DNA of 64,000 nucleotides from NCBI GenBank assembly GCA_038280095.1, contig JAYPYG010000001.1, forward strand, positions 7,392 to 71,391, written 5' to 3'. The translations under genes were made by a program, and so were the position numbers. Below, piece by piece: positions 1 through 8,428 of this stretch (position 1 is the stretch's first letter; each line of letters begins with the position of its first letter). This DNA comes from Fidelibacterota bacterium. GTDB taxonomy: Bacteria > Fidelibacterota > Marinisomatia > Marinisomatales > Marinisomataceae. The notes below the pieces were generated by a model. The model saw only the letters and a list, made by a program, of their open reading frames with translations. It ran no database searches and had not been told where the DNA came from.

Positions 1-77
1 GGGCGCGATTATACGCTCGTCTCCGATGGGGAGACTTGGAAATTGGTTTCGTTGACCACTAATAGAGACCCAAATAG

Positions 78-467
78 TTAAATGGTCACTTTAATATGCT
101 TATTCTCAAACGTCTTTTGGCGAGTTGGGTCTAAAGGGTCTTTTATCCCACCTCGAAGCTTGGCATAATCCGCAAACTTCTTTTGGCGCAACGGGTCTAT
201 TCCGCCGTTTTCTGCCGCACGCTTTTCGCTCATTTCTTGAGAGCGGTCCATCAAGTCCCCATAGGTGCCCTTTTGAGCCCCAGTTGAATTAATGAAGCCG
301 TTCTTATCCCAAGGGTCGCACACTTTTGTAGCATTAACCTGTGGGGAAGTTAATACCCTTTTCCACTTAACTCCGAATTCGTCAACAAACTCGTGTTTGT
401 CTGTCATTTTTTGAAGAACTTCGACGTACTCGTCGTACTCTGGGTGCTTGTAAATATAAAAAGGCAT
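78..467 (-). CDS. hypothetical protein (129 aa)
   Basis: Uninterrupted ORF at the 3' end of the minus-strand array 78-3498. No motif I can assign. Confidence 0.5.
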   Translation of the reverse strand: MPFYIYKHPEYDEYVEVLQKMTDKHEFVDEFGVKWKRVLTSPQVNATKVCDPWDKNGFINSTGAQKGTYGDLMDRSQEMSEKRAAENGGIDPLRQKKFADYAKLRGGIKDPLDPTRQKTFENKHIKVTI

Positions 468-482
468 ACAGATAATGTGTAA

Positions 483-1565
483 TTAAAAGATTTTTTCTAG
501 TATTTTTTGAGTTGTTTTTTTGTAAGAAAAAGTGGATTGTAGGTTTTGCCCCGCAATATTAAACTTACCAACTTTCTTTTCTGCATCTTCCATCGCTGTC
601 ATCATGCCAAGCTCTGAAAGTGAGTGAATGTGACCCTGGTTGTAATCCAACCCAGTCTTAAAAAAGATTCCATCGTCTGGCTTTATTTTGTATTCAGGCT
701 CAACGAGGATGCTGTTTTCTGGGGTCGCCCAATCCTTGTGAGATGTATGGTTTTGCACACAGCTCCATTTTCCCAAACATGTGGCGTTGAAGGCTGGGAG
801 ATTCCATCCTTCTGCCCCGCTCAATCCTGTGAGGTCAATGTCGATGTTGTTAAGAAATTGATTTACATCTGAATTTTTAGGAAGAAACGGAAGGAAGTTG
901 ATGTTGAAATATTGTTTTCCTTCGAGAGCTTCGGCGAGTTCGGCGTTAAGCTTCTCTGTTGGCATAAATTTGTTTGTTATTGCGCAAGAGAGTAAATAAC
1001 CTTTCCTGTTTCCGTATTTCTTAGCCCAGGCTTGAATGATTTCTTTTGTTCTTTTTCTTTTTTCGAACTTACCCATTAGCCCAAAGTGGACTACACCTTT
1101 TTCAGCGACTCTTTTTCTTGGTTTTAAGTCTGGGTCGAATCCGAGGGGAATGTAGCTACAGGATTTAATTCCTGCGTTTTTAAAACAATTTGCTGCGTGC
1201 GAGGAGCTGAACATAACTCCATCGTGCATTTTGAGGATTTTTACCTCTGTGAAAGTTGGTTTGTCTAACTCGTAAAATGAGTAAAGAAAGCTTTTATCAG
1301 AAAGCTTATCGAATGAGTCTTTTATGTGCCAGATTTTGAAGGTAGGCGTATCTCTGTTTAGCATTTTGTGGCGATGCTTAAAGCACGCCCCTAGCCAGGC
1401 TCTAAAGTCTTCGCTTAATTCATTGAATACCGTGATGTCGATATTGTCTTGAACTGGGAATAGTGCAACTTCAAGGTCGAGCTGGAACATCTCCCTTAGT
1501 ATGTTAAGGGAGACGTTTCCTAGGCTCGTTGAGTTGATTGGGGCTTTTACTAGAAGCTTGTCCAT
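483..1565 (-). CDS. GT-B fold glycosyltransferase (GT4-like)
   Basis: 360 aa. The C-terminal Rossmann half carries GLSGAEGWNLPAFNATCLGKW, which parallels the GT4 E-G-F-G-L-x-x-x-E-A-M-A-x-G-x-P nucleotide-sugar motif. Confidence 0.55.
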   Translation of the reverse strand: MDKLLVKAPINSTSLGNVSLNILREMFQLDLEVALFPVQDNIDITVFNELSEDFRAWLGACFKHRHKMLNRDTPTFKIWHIKDSFDKLSDKSFLYSFYELDKPTFTEVKILKMHDGVMFSSSHAANCFKNAGIKSCSYIPLGFDPDLKPRKRVAEKGVVHFGLMGKFEKRKRTKEIIQAWAKKYGNRKGYLLSCAITNKFMPTEKLNAELAEALEGKQYFNINFLPFLPKNSDVNQFLNNIDIDLTGLSGAEGWNLPAFNATCLGKWSCVQNHTSHKDWATPENSILVEPEYKIKPDDGIFFKTGLDYNQGHIHSLSELGMMTAMEDAEKKVGKFNIAGQNLQSTFSYKKTTQKILEKIF

Positions 1566-1975
1566 TAGAATGGTGGCTCTTCGTCGTCTTCGTCGTCGTG
1601 GTCGTAATTACTTGACGCTGGTGCAGAGGATTGACTTGCGGAACCTGATGATTGGCTTGTGTCATCATTTTTTCCTGGGAAAAACTTAACACCCTGTGCA
1701 TTGATGTAATGCTTCTGACGCTTATTTCCTTCTTCGTCTTCCCAGCGGTTGAGTTGAAGGCGGCCTTCAACAAGAACTTTGCGACCTTTTTCAAGGTACT
1801 TGGCGCAGGCGTCCGCTGTCTTTTCCCATGTTTGCACGTCCACAAAAAGTGGATTCTTATCATCCTTGTCCAGATTTACTGCCAAGGTAAAGGTGGCAAT
1901 ACTCTTGCCTCCTGACGTTGTTCTCACTTCGGGGTCGGCTGTGAGATTACCGATACCAATGAATTTATTTAACAT
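1565..1975 (-). CDS. ssb: single-stranded DNA-binding protein
   Basis: 136 aa. OB-fold N-terminus MLNKFIGIGNLTADPEVRTTSGGKSIATFTLAV, a Ser/Gln-rich linker and an acidic tip DDEDDEEPPF typical of bacterial/phage SSB. Confidence 0.9.
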   Translation of the reverse strand: MLNKFIGIGNLTADPEVRTTSGGKSIATFTLAVNLDKDDKNPLFVDVQTWEKTADACAKYLEKGRKVLVEGRLQLNRWEDEEGNKRQKHYINAQGVKFFPGKNDDTSQSSGSASQSSAPASSNYDHDDEDDEEPPF

Positions 1976-2567
1976 GTTTTACTTTATTCCTTAGTTTGAT
2001 TAGAGTTTTGTTGTGAATATCGATGCAAGCCTGTTTACTTAACCCCATTTCTTCGCTGATTTCCCTCCAAGGCATTAGCTTGTTGCCTTTGCCTTGAATG
2101 TATCTCATGCGTAAGATTTTGATAGCTCTTTTATCTGGGAGCTTTGAAATGATTTTTGTGACATATGAAAATGCGTCCTTCCTTGAAATGCTGTTTATTG
2201 GGCCATCGTCTTTGAGGTGACTTAAGTCAAAATCGAATTGAAGGTTGGAAGATGGAAGTATTGCCCGACCTTTTGTTTTGTTGTACGCCCTTAAGCAAAG
2301 CCATTTAGTTTTGTTCGCTAAATGTGTGCTAAATTTGGTGCCCCTTAATTCGTCGAATGTCATTATTGCATCGTAGATGCAGTAGTCTTTTTCTTCAAGA
2401 ATTTCAGGTTTATTGCAAAGTGCATTGCTTTGGGGTACAAGTTTTGACACCATATCGACAAATATACCGCTGTGTCTATCAATTAGCTCCCGAAGCTCTA
2501 ATGTGCATTTCTTGGGCTGTTGCTTTACCGCGAGAATCAACTCGATATCTGACTTATTCTTCAACAT
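1965..2567 (-). CDS. sigma-70 family RNA polymerase sigma factor (phage-encoded)
   Basis: 200 aa. Region-2-like ELIDRHSGIFVDMVSKL and FSTHLANKTKWLCLRAY. Region-4 HTH LPDKRAIKILRMRY...WREISEEMGLSKQACIDIHNKTLIKLRN. Confidence 0.7.
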   Translation of the reverse strand: MLKNKSDIELILAVKQQPKKCTLELRELIDRHSGIFVDMVSKLVPQSNALCNKPEILEEKDYCIYDAIMTFDELRGTKFSTHLANKTKWLCLRAYNKTKGRAILPSSNLQFDFDLSHLKDDGPINSISRKDAFSYVTKIISKLPDKRAIKILRMRYIQGKGNKLMPWREISEEMGLSKQACIDIHNKTLIKLRNKVKHVK

Positions 2568-3168
2568 GAAGCTTTTTTAGGGTTGCTCTAACGTCTGGAC
2601 TTAGTTTTTTCTCAAGAAGTTTCTCAAATTCAACCTGCGTCGAATCTTCTGGCCGTGAAACAGACTCCCACTGTAGTTGTATGTCCGCCAGATTCTTTAC
2701 TATTGGGTCGTGTTCAGCCTCTGTGTCGTTTGCTGGCCCTAAATTTTCTTGAGAGATATGAACGACCTTACCACCGTTTTCATGAACAAAACGAACCTCG
2801 TTTTCAAATCTTACATCTGAGATAAAGAGAGGAAGGTTCATTTTTTGACCCAGCTTAAAGCTCATCTCAAGCCTTTTTACCCAACAGTCTTCATCGATTC
2901 CCCGCATCATCATTCCGTAAGAAACAAGTAGTGGTCTGATGATTTTCTTTTCCTCGGATTCTTGGGTATAAGCACTAATTCCTGCCTTAGTAACCAAGAG
3001 TTTGTGTAAGTCTTGTTTTACTGCGTCAGCAAAAGCTGACCGCATCACACCCTTTTCTGTCGCCTTCTTCATTACTAGGTTAGAAACTGCAACAAAAGTA
3101 TCTTTTCCGCTTCGAGCGACACCTGAGATGCCGACGATTGGAGGAAGTTTTATTTCTGAAGTTTTCAT
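2554..3168 (-). CDS. deoxynucleoside monophosphate kinase-like P-loop protein (T4 gp1-like)
   Basis: 204 aa. P-loop GISGVARSGKDT resembles the T4 gp1 SGVKRSGKDT signature. Confidence 0.55.
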   Translation of the reverse strand: MKTSEIKLPPIVGISGVARSGKDTFVAVSNLVMKKATEKGVMRSAFADAVKQDLHKLLVTKAGISAYTQESEEKKIIRPLLVSYGMMMRGIDEDCWVKRLEMSFKLGQKMNLPLFISDVRFENEVRFVHENGGKVVHISQENLGPANDTEAEHDPIVKNLADIQLQWESVSRPEDSTQVEFEKLLEKKLSPDVRATLKKLHVEE

Positions 3169-3453
3169 TTATTTATTTGAATCTATAATTTGTTTAAGAG
3201 ACCTTGCTGAGTCGTGAAACCCTGCATTAGCTAAAATTTCCGTAGAAGCAACTCTTTCCCTATACTGCTCCAGTTCATGGTCTTCCATTAAGTCTGAATA
3301 GCAAATAGTGTCAATGACTGGGGTGATTTGCATATTCTCACCCTTTACTGCCATAACTTTTTCAAACGCCGAAGTGGCTGCGGCCTCTGGGGAAATCCCT
3401 TCGCTCATTACAACCCAGTCAGCACAGGTGATTATATAAAGTTTCTTCTTCAT
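3169..3453 (-). CDS. hypothetical protein (94 aa from ATG; the track ORF extends to a TTG at 3498)
   Basis: First gene of the leftward operon. I prefer ATG 3453 because the TTG at 3498 lies inside the predicted -35 element. Confidence 0.45.
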   Translation of the reverse strand: MKKKLYIITCADWVVMSEGISPEAAATSAFEKVMAVKGENMQITPVIDTICYSDLMEDHELEQYRERVASTEILANAGFHDSARSLKQIIDSNK

Positions 3454-3469
3454 TAAATTTTCGAGCAGT

Positions 3470-3498
3470 ATCTTAACCCATCTAAAAGGAGATGTCAA
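3470..3498 (-). promoter_or_regulatory. sigma70-type promoter for the leftward operon (TTGACA-17-TAAGAT on the minus strand)
   Basis: The reverse complement of 3493-3498 is TTGACA and of 3470-3475 is TAAGAT, with a 17-nt spacer. It lies 16 nt upstream of ATG 3453. Confidence 0.5.
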
Positions 3499-3518
3499 GC
3501 CTTTCTTTTATTTTTACT

Positions 3519-3553
3519 GACCTATTGCTTGCAATAGGTCTGTTTTTGTTTTC
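3519..3553 (+). terminator. perfect 10-bp hairpin (GACCTATTGC-tt-GCAATAGGTC) followed by a T-rich run
   Basis: Stem 3519-3528 pairs with 3531-3540, followed by TGTTTTTGTTTTC. It has the shape of an intrinsic terminator on the + strand, but no + strand gene lies upstream, so the role is uncertain. Confidence 0.3.
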
Positions 3554-3654
3554 TTTAGTAGAACCCTAGTGGTAGTACCTTATAGGTTCTTAAGTTCCTT
3601 TTAGGGTACTTAAAGGACTGGAAGTCGCACGCACACGCGTACGGTATTTTTTAT

Positions 3655-3683
3655 TTGACTTTTGTGATAAAATCCTTCATTAT
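3655..3683 (+). promoter_or_regulatory. sigma70-type promoter for glycan island I (TTGACT-17-CATTAT)
   Basis: -35 at 3655-3660 and -10 at 3678-3683. ATG 3693 is 9 nt after the -10, so the leader is very short or absent. Confidence 0.5.
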
Positions 3684-3692
3684 TAAAAGCTA

Positions 3693-4433
3693 ATGACGAA
3701 AATTTCAATAATCACTTCCATGAAAACTGGAAGCGAACAACTAAAAAACCTCTGGGAGAATATTCAAGCTCAGTCTGCTTTCGATTATTGTGAGTGGATA
3801 ATTATCGATGCAGATTCCAAGGATGAGGATGCAAAAACCTTCGGAAGAGGGCTTCATGGAGATTTTTGGCCAAATGTTAGGTTTTTTGAATTGGATAGCG
3901 ACCCAGGACTTTATAGTGTATGGAATCAGGCGATTGAAAAATCAAAATCTCCATACATTACAAACATGAACATGGATGACAGGCGCGCACCTTGGGCTCT
4001 TGAGGAATTGGCTTTTTATCTAGACCAAAATAAGAGCGTTGACATAGTCTACGGAGAGTGCCTTGAAACAAACAAGCCCAATGAATCTTTTTTAAAAAAT
4101 TCCGCAACAACAAAATTCCCTTGCTTACCAGCCACGCTAGAAAATATGCTAAAAGCAAACTCACCACACGCAGCCCCAATGTGGCGTAAGTCCCTGCATG
4201 AGAAGTATGGGCTTTTTGACGAGGAGTATAAAATTTGCGGCGATTACGAAATGTGGATGAGGGCATTGAGAAAAGGAGCTAAATTCAAAGCAATCAATTC
4301 AGAATCATGTCTTTACTATAGGAATCCAGACGGATTAAGCACCAAAAAAAACAACATCCCTTTAGCCCGACAAGAAATCAACAAAATCAAAAACAAGGGC
4401 TTAGCAAATAAACCAAGGACTATATTTAAATGA
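3693..4433 (+). CDS. family 2 glycosyltransferase (GT-A fold)
   Basis: 246 aa. ISIITSMK...EWIIIDADSKDED and YITNMNMDDRRAPWALEEL match the GT2 N-terminal strand, the D-x-S-x-D region and the DXD motif. Confidence 0.7.
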   Translation: MTKISIITSMKTGSEQLKNLWENIQAQSAFDYCEWIIIDADSKDEDAKTFGRGLHGDFWPNVRFFELDSDPGLYSVWNQAIEKSKSPYITNMNMDDRRAPWALEELAFYLDQNKSVDIVYGECLETNKPNESFLKNSATTKFPCLPATLENMLKANSPHAAPMWRKSLHEKYGLFDEEYKICGDYEMWMRALRKGAKFKAINSESCLYYRNPDGLSTKKNNIPLARQEINKIKNKGLANKPRTIFK

Positions 4434-5008
4434 AAGCGTCTGTAGTTAGTTTCTCGAAAAAAGGCAGAGCTTTCAACGCTCCAGTTTCCTACGTCTACGC
4501 AAATATCGAAAGAAAGACGTATCACAAGACAAAAAAACCATCTTTCATATTCCCTATATACAGCGACAAAGGCCCAATATCTGGAGAAGACTTCTTAAAC
4601 AAGTTCAAGGAGGATGAAAAAAAAATAAAACACGAGTTAAAAATCATAACTCCTTACAAAAAAGAAGGCTCAACAGACGACTGTAAAGAGGTCAATTGGA
4701 GGCTACATGAAAACAACAGCGTGTACACAGATTACGACTTTGGCTTCCCTTATATCAGCGCTATAGCAACACCATTAATGTTCTCCTTGTATTTTTGCAA
4801 AGACAACAACATAAACACAATCATAATAGAAGGATTAAATTACCAAGCCTTAAGTGAAGAGAATAAATCTATATTATTAAGGTTCCTTCACTACGGAGAC
4901 AAGAACAAAATTTCTTTTATTGGAGTGAAATCTAAATCAACAAGAATTCCACTAATATTAAATCTAAACAAGGTAGACGTGGAGACAGTGATAAGCAAGT
5001 GCATTTAA
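4430..5008 (+). CDS. hypothetical protein (192 aa)
   Basis: ORF with an ATGA stop-start overlap to the upstream GT2. No motif recognised. Confidence 0.45.
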   Translation: MKASVVSFSKKGRAFNAPVSYVYANIERKTYHKTKKPSFIFPIYSDKGPISGEDFLNKFKEDEKKIKHELKIITPYKKEGSTDDCKEVNWRLHENNSVYTDYDFGFPYISAIATPLMFSLYFCKDNNINTIIIEGLNYQALSEENKSILLRFLHYGDKNKISFIGVKSKSTRIPLILNLNKVDVETVISKCI

Positions 5009-5793
5009 TAACAACATTTCCAATAAAAAATCACCCCAGAATAGAGGAGTACGGAACTTGCCTCCGCTTAAATCTATTCAACCCTTACATAAAAAAAATA
5101 ACAATAGTTACAGATGTTTTTAATGTGCCACACAACCTCGGCCTTACAAATCTTATAAGGGATTTCTCAATAAACTTTTATGGCCCAACAAACAAAGATG
5201 TCGAAAAAAATGAAATCACAATCCTAAAACATTGGCCAAAGTACAACGACATCTTCAAGATTGCAAACATGTCAACGCAAGACTACACGATAATAACAAA
5301 TGGAGACATCTTTCTAGATGAAAGCGTCCGAAAACTAAAAAGAATAAAATGGAATTCTAGCAAAAAATTTCTATGCATCACAAGAAGAGAGGTATCCTTA
5401 AGCCATGACCCTGTAGAAAATCACCTCTCATTACATTCATTGAGAGATAGAGTTAAAGAGCATGCTCCTGATGGCATGTGCGACTTCAATTCCATCCTCG
5501 AAATGCATCCCAATAAATTTAGAGGCAGTGCTGACGCATGGGCCTTTAAGGGAAAAATTTCGGAATTCGGCGAAGATGTTGAGCTTGGCACCTCTTTTTG
5601 TGACCACGCAATAGCATCCTTAGCAAAAGAGTCGGGTTATGAAATATACAACCCATGTCTAGATATCTCTATAAACCACCTACACAAAGCAATAGAAGGT
5701 AGACACAAAAAAGCTCGCGAAGAAAAAAAATACAGGAAAGGTATTAAAATACCAAACCTCACACCAATAACAAGAATAAAAGACATTAATTAA
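4999..5793 (+). CDS. hypothetical protein, possible GT-A-like transferase
   Basis: 264 aa with a GTG start. The only clue is IITNGDIFLDES, a DXD-like acidic motif after a beta strand. Confidence 0.3.
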   Translation: MHLITTFPIKNHPRIEEYGTCLRLNLFNPYIKKITIVTDVFNVPHNLGLTNLIRDFSINFYGPTNKDVEKNEITILKHWPKYNDIFKIANMSTQDYTIITNGDIFLDESVRKLKRIKWNSSKKFLCITRREVSLSHDPVENHLSLHSLRDRVKEHAPDGMCDFNSILEMHPNKFRGSADAWAFKGKISEFGEDVELGTSFCDHAIASLAKESGYEIYNPCLDISINHLHKAIEGRHKKAREEKKYRKGIKIPNLTPITRIKDIN

Positions 5794-5798
5794 TAATC

Positions 5799-6542
5799 AT
5801 GAAAAAAGTTTCAATGCTAACCGTTAGCTACGATAAAGACCTAGAGTGGCTCAAATACCAAAAACAATCATTTGATAAATTCTGCTCAGGATACCACTCA
5901 TACACAGTGGTTTCTTACCCAGAAGACAATGAGAGATTACAAAAATGGCTGAACAACGAAGGAATCAGTTCATTTACCTCCAATCATTCTAAAAACATAA
6001 AGAAGGGGTACATGAAACAGCAAATCATAAAACTTCACGCAGATGAGTTTTGTGGAGATGCGGATTATATCATGCACGTAGACAGTGATTGTGTTTTTCA
6101 CACAAAAAACAAACCGTCAGATTATTTCATTGAGGGAAAACCAGTAATGCTAATGACCTCATACGAAGGCCCAACGCTCAAGAATGACCAAGCTTACTGT
6201 TGGAAAAAAATCACAGAAGACGCCCTAGGAGAAAATGTTGAATACGAGTTCATGAGAAGAATTCCACTCATTTACCCAATTGGACTATACAAAGAGTTGA
6301 GAGATTTTATTATCAGCGTTCACGGCAAAACCATAACAGAGTATGTAGAAAACGGAGGCGCGCTTTCTGAATTCAACCTTCTTGGAGCGTATTGCTGGAG
6401 ATATCACAGGGACAAATTTTACTGGATTAACACAGACATCTCCGCTCCCCCCAAAGAAGTGCTTAGGCAGTTTTGGAGCTACGGAGGGGTAAGCAAAAAT
6501 GAAAAAGAAATCGACAAACTACTCTACAATAAAACCAACTAA
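5799..6542 (+). CDS. hypothetical protein, possible nucleotide-diphospho-sugar transferase fold
   Basis: 247 aa. N-terminal VSMLTVSYDKDLEWLKYQKQSF and IMHVDSDCVF (a DXD-like motif). Confidence 0.3.
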   Translation: MKKVSMLTVSYDKDLEWLKYQKQSFDKFCSGYHSYTVVSYPEDNERLQKWLNNEGISSFTSNHSKNIKKGYMKQQIIKLHADEFCGDADYIMHVDSDCVFHTKNKPSDYFIEGKPVMLMTSYEGPTLKNDQAYCWKKITEDALGENVEYEFMRRIPLIYPIGLYKELRDFIISVHGKTITEYVENGGALSEFNLLGAYCWRYHRDKFYWINTDISAPPKEVLRQFWSYGGVSKNEKEIDKLLYNKTN

Positions 6543-6547
6543 AAACA

Positions 6548-7498
6548 ATGAGAGGTATATATATAAAAGAAAGCTCCTTCTCAATGGGTAGGCTTGGAGA
6601 CAAGCTGAATGTAATATTGTCTCTCATAATAATGGCTTGCGAAACAAAATCAGTTTCACATATAATACAAGAAGAGGACAATCAAAATAAAGACCTTAGA
6701 CTAGCATTATCCCTTTTAGATTTAAAAAAATCCAAATACTTAAAACTAACAAGCGAGTACCCAGACCCCGTCACAAGGTTAGACTTTGCTGAAAAAAAAT
6801 TTAGGCTACACAAACCACATTACACAAATACACATCTGCTAGCAAAATCAGGAGGCGGAGTTAAGAAGTTTCTATTAGAGTATATCGAGAGCAATCTCAA
6901 CAAAAGAGCCTCGGTAAACTTAGAAATAAAGGACACGCCAAGGATTGACTTGAGAGACTTAAACAAAGCTCACCACGATGGTAAAATAAACCCCACAACA
7001 ATTAAGTCATCTATCGAGGACTTTAGGAAAGCGTTTGGGGAAACGACTTTAAATAAAAACTTGGCAGCAATCCATATTAGAAGGCAGGACTCCTTCAGGA
7101 CAGAGATAACTAACGGGTTTGACTCAAATTACTACACTAAACTAATCGACCATATATCCAAACAAAACAACGAGTTAAGAATCAAAATTTTCTCCCAAAA
7201 AGAGAATTCTGAAGATTTAAAAAAAATAAATCTCCCAGCAAACGCAACCATGTCATTAGCAAATTCAAACGACAGCAATAAAGCTGCACTAGACTTCAAA
7301 GAGATGTGTTCTGCCGAATTTTTATTCCCAGCGAAATCATACTTTTCGATAATGGCTTCCGTAATAAATAGAAACAAAATCTTCCACGACAAGGCTAAGG
7401 TTGGGCAACCGCACATAGCGAACGACAGAAGCCATGAATTTTCCTATGGAAATATTCGACAAGGATTCTATAATATAAGCGACATTATAATTCAGTAA
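6548..7498 (+). CDS. GT11-like (alpha-1,2-fucosyltransferase fold) glycosyltransferase
   Basis: 316 aa. AIHIRRQDSF matches the H-x-R-R-x-D motif I of GT11. DFKEMCSAEFLFPAKSYFSIMASVIN parallels the C-terminal GT11 motif (D-x-x-x-M-x-x-C ... S-T-F-S-W-W). Confidence 0.45.
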   Translation: MRGIYIKESSFSMGRLGDKLNVILSLIIMACETKSVSHIIQEEDNQNKDLRLALSLLDLKKSKYLKLTSEYPDPVTRLDFAEKKFRLHKPHYTNTHLLAKSGGGVKKFLLEYIESNLNKRASVNLEIKDTPRIDLRDLNKAHHDGKINPTTIKSSIEDFRKAFGETTLNKNLAAIHIRRQDSFRTEITNGFDSNYYTKLIDHISKQNNELRIKIFSQKENSEDLKKINLPANATMSLANSNDSNKAALDFKEMCSAEFLFPAKSYFSIMASVINRNKIFHDKAKVGQPHIANDRSHEFSYGNIRQGFYNISDIIIQ

Positions 7499-7503
7499 GA
7501 CCA

Positions 7504-8097
7504 ATGATTTCTCACAAACATAAATGCATATTCGTTCACATTCCGAGGACAGCTGGCTCATCAATAGAGAGCATGATTTGTGGAAAAGATTGGTGGTCCA
7601 TTGATTTAAAAACAAAACACATAACGGCAAGCACAAGCAAGGAAATATACTCAGAATACTGGGACGATTATTTCAAGTTTGCGTTTGTAAGAAACCCGTG
7701 GTCAAGGGCAGCTTCACTTTCGCTCTGGCCAAACCATTATGGAAGCTCAATCAAAGACGGCAAAATAGATTTGCGCGAATACGCAAAAAAACACCACCCC
7801 TTAAGCATAGATTATCGCTCAATAGAAAAAAATAAACAGATTAAAGTAAAATTTCCCAAAGGAGGCGTATACTTAAACACCCTAGGTGAAGACCTAGATT
7901 TTATAGGCAAATTTGAAAACCTCGAATCAGACATAAGCTACATTAAGGAAAAACTAAAAATAAAAACCAAAATGCCCCATGTGCAAAAAGGGAGTTTTAA
8001 CACAAAAGATTACAGAAAACTCTTCTCGGACGACTCTAAAAGAATAATACAGGAATGTCACGAACTGGATATACAGAAGTTTGGCTACGAATTCTAA
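7504..8097 (+). CDS. sulfotransferase family protein (Sulfotransfer_2-like)
   Basis: 197 aa. N-terminus MISHKHKCIFVHIPRTAGSSIE carries the PAPS 5'-phosphosulfate-binding loop (H-I-P-K/R-T-x-G-S/T-S). Clear paralog of 11564-12196. Confidence 0.7.
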   Translation: MISHKHKCIFVHIPRTAGSSIESMICGKDWWSIDLKTKHITASTSKEIYSEYWDDYFKFAFVRNPWSRAASLSLWPNHYGSSIKDGKIDLREYAKKHHPLSIDYRSIEKNKQIKVKFPKGGVYLNTLGEDLDFIGKFENLESDISYIKEKLKIKTKMPHVQKGSFNTKDYRKLFSDDSKRIIQECHELDIQKFGYEF

Positions 8098-8428
8098 AAA
8101 CTTTATGAAAATATCAAAAATAGCAAAAATGAAAGGAGGGTGGTTTATAGGAGACTTTGAGCCAACAGCCTTCCATTCAAAAGACTTTGAAGTGAGTTAT
8201 AAAGTTCATAAAAAGGGGGAGAAATGGGATACGCATACGCACAAAATCGCCACGGAAATAAACCTATTGATAGAGGGCAGGATGGAGAATTGCGGGGTGC
8301 CCATCAAGTCTGGCGATATATTTATTGTTTACCCGAATGAAAAAATGGAGCCAATATTTCATGAGGACTGTAAAATAATTTGCGTAAAAACACCAAGTGT
8401 AAAAGGTGACAAACATATCATACCATGA
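8081..8428 (+). CDS. cupin-fold protein
   Basis: 115 aa. KGEKWDTHTHKIATEINLLIEGRME...IKSGDIFIVYPNE fits the two-motif cupin barrel pattern. The start could instead be ATG 8106. Confidence 0.45.
   Translation: MATNSKNFMKISKIAKMKGGWFIGDFEPTAFHSKDFEVSYKVHKKGEKWDTHTHKIATEINLLIEGRMENCGVPIKSGDIFIVYPNEKMEPIFHEDCKIICVKTPSVKGDKHIIP

Noticed and set aside
19-35. Hairpin GTCTCC-gatgg-GGAGAC near the left edge as terminator of the leftward operon
   Set aside because: The stem is only 6 bp and no T-run follows on the minus strand. The window edge prevents any assessment of context.
3541-3650. Possible tRNA in the 3.5-kb intergenic region (GGTTCTTAAGTTCC resembles a T-arm)
   Set aside because: I could not fold a cloverleaf. 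There is no acceptor stem and no anticodon arm, and the T-loop consensus (GTTCRANNC) is absent.
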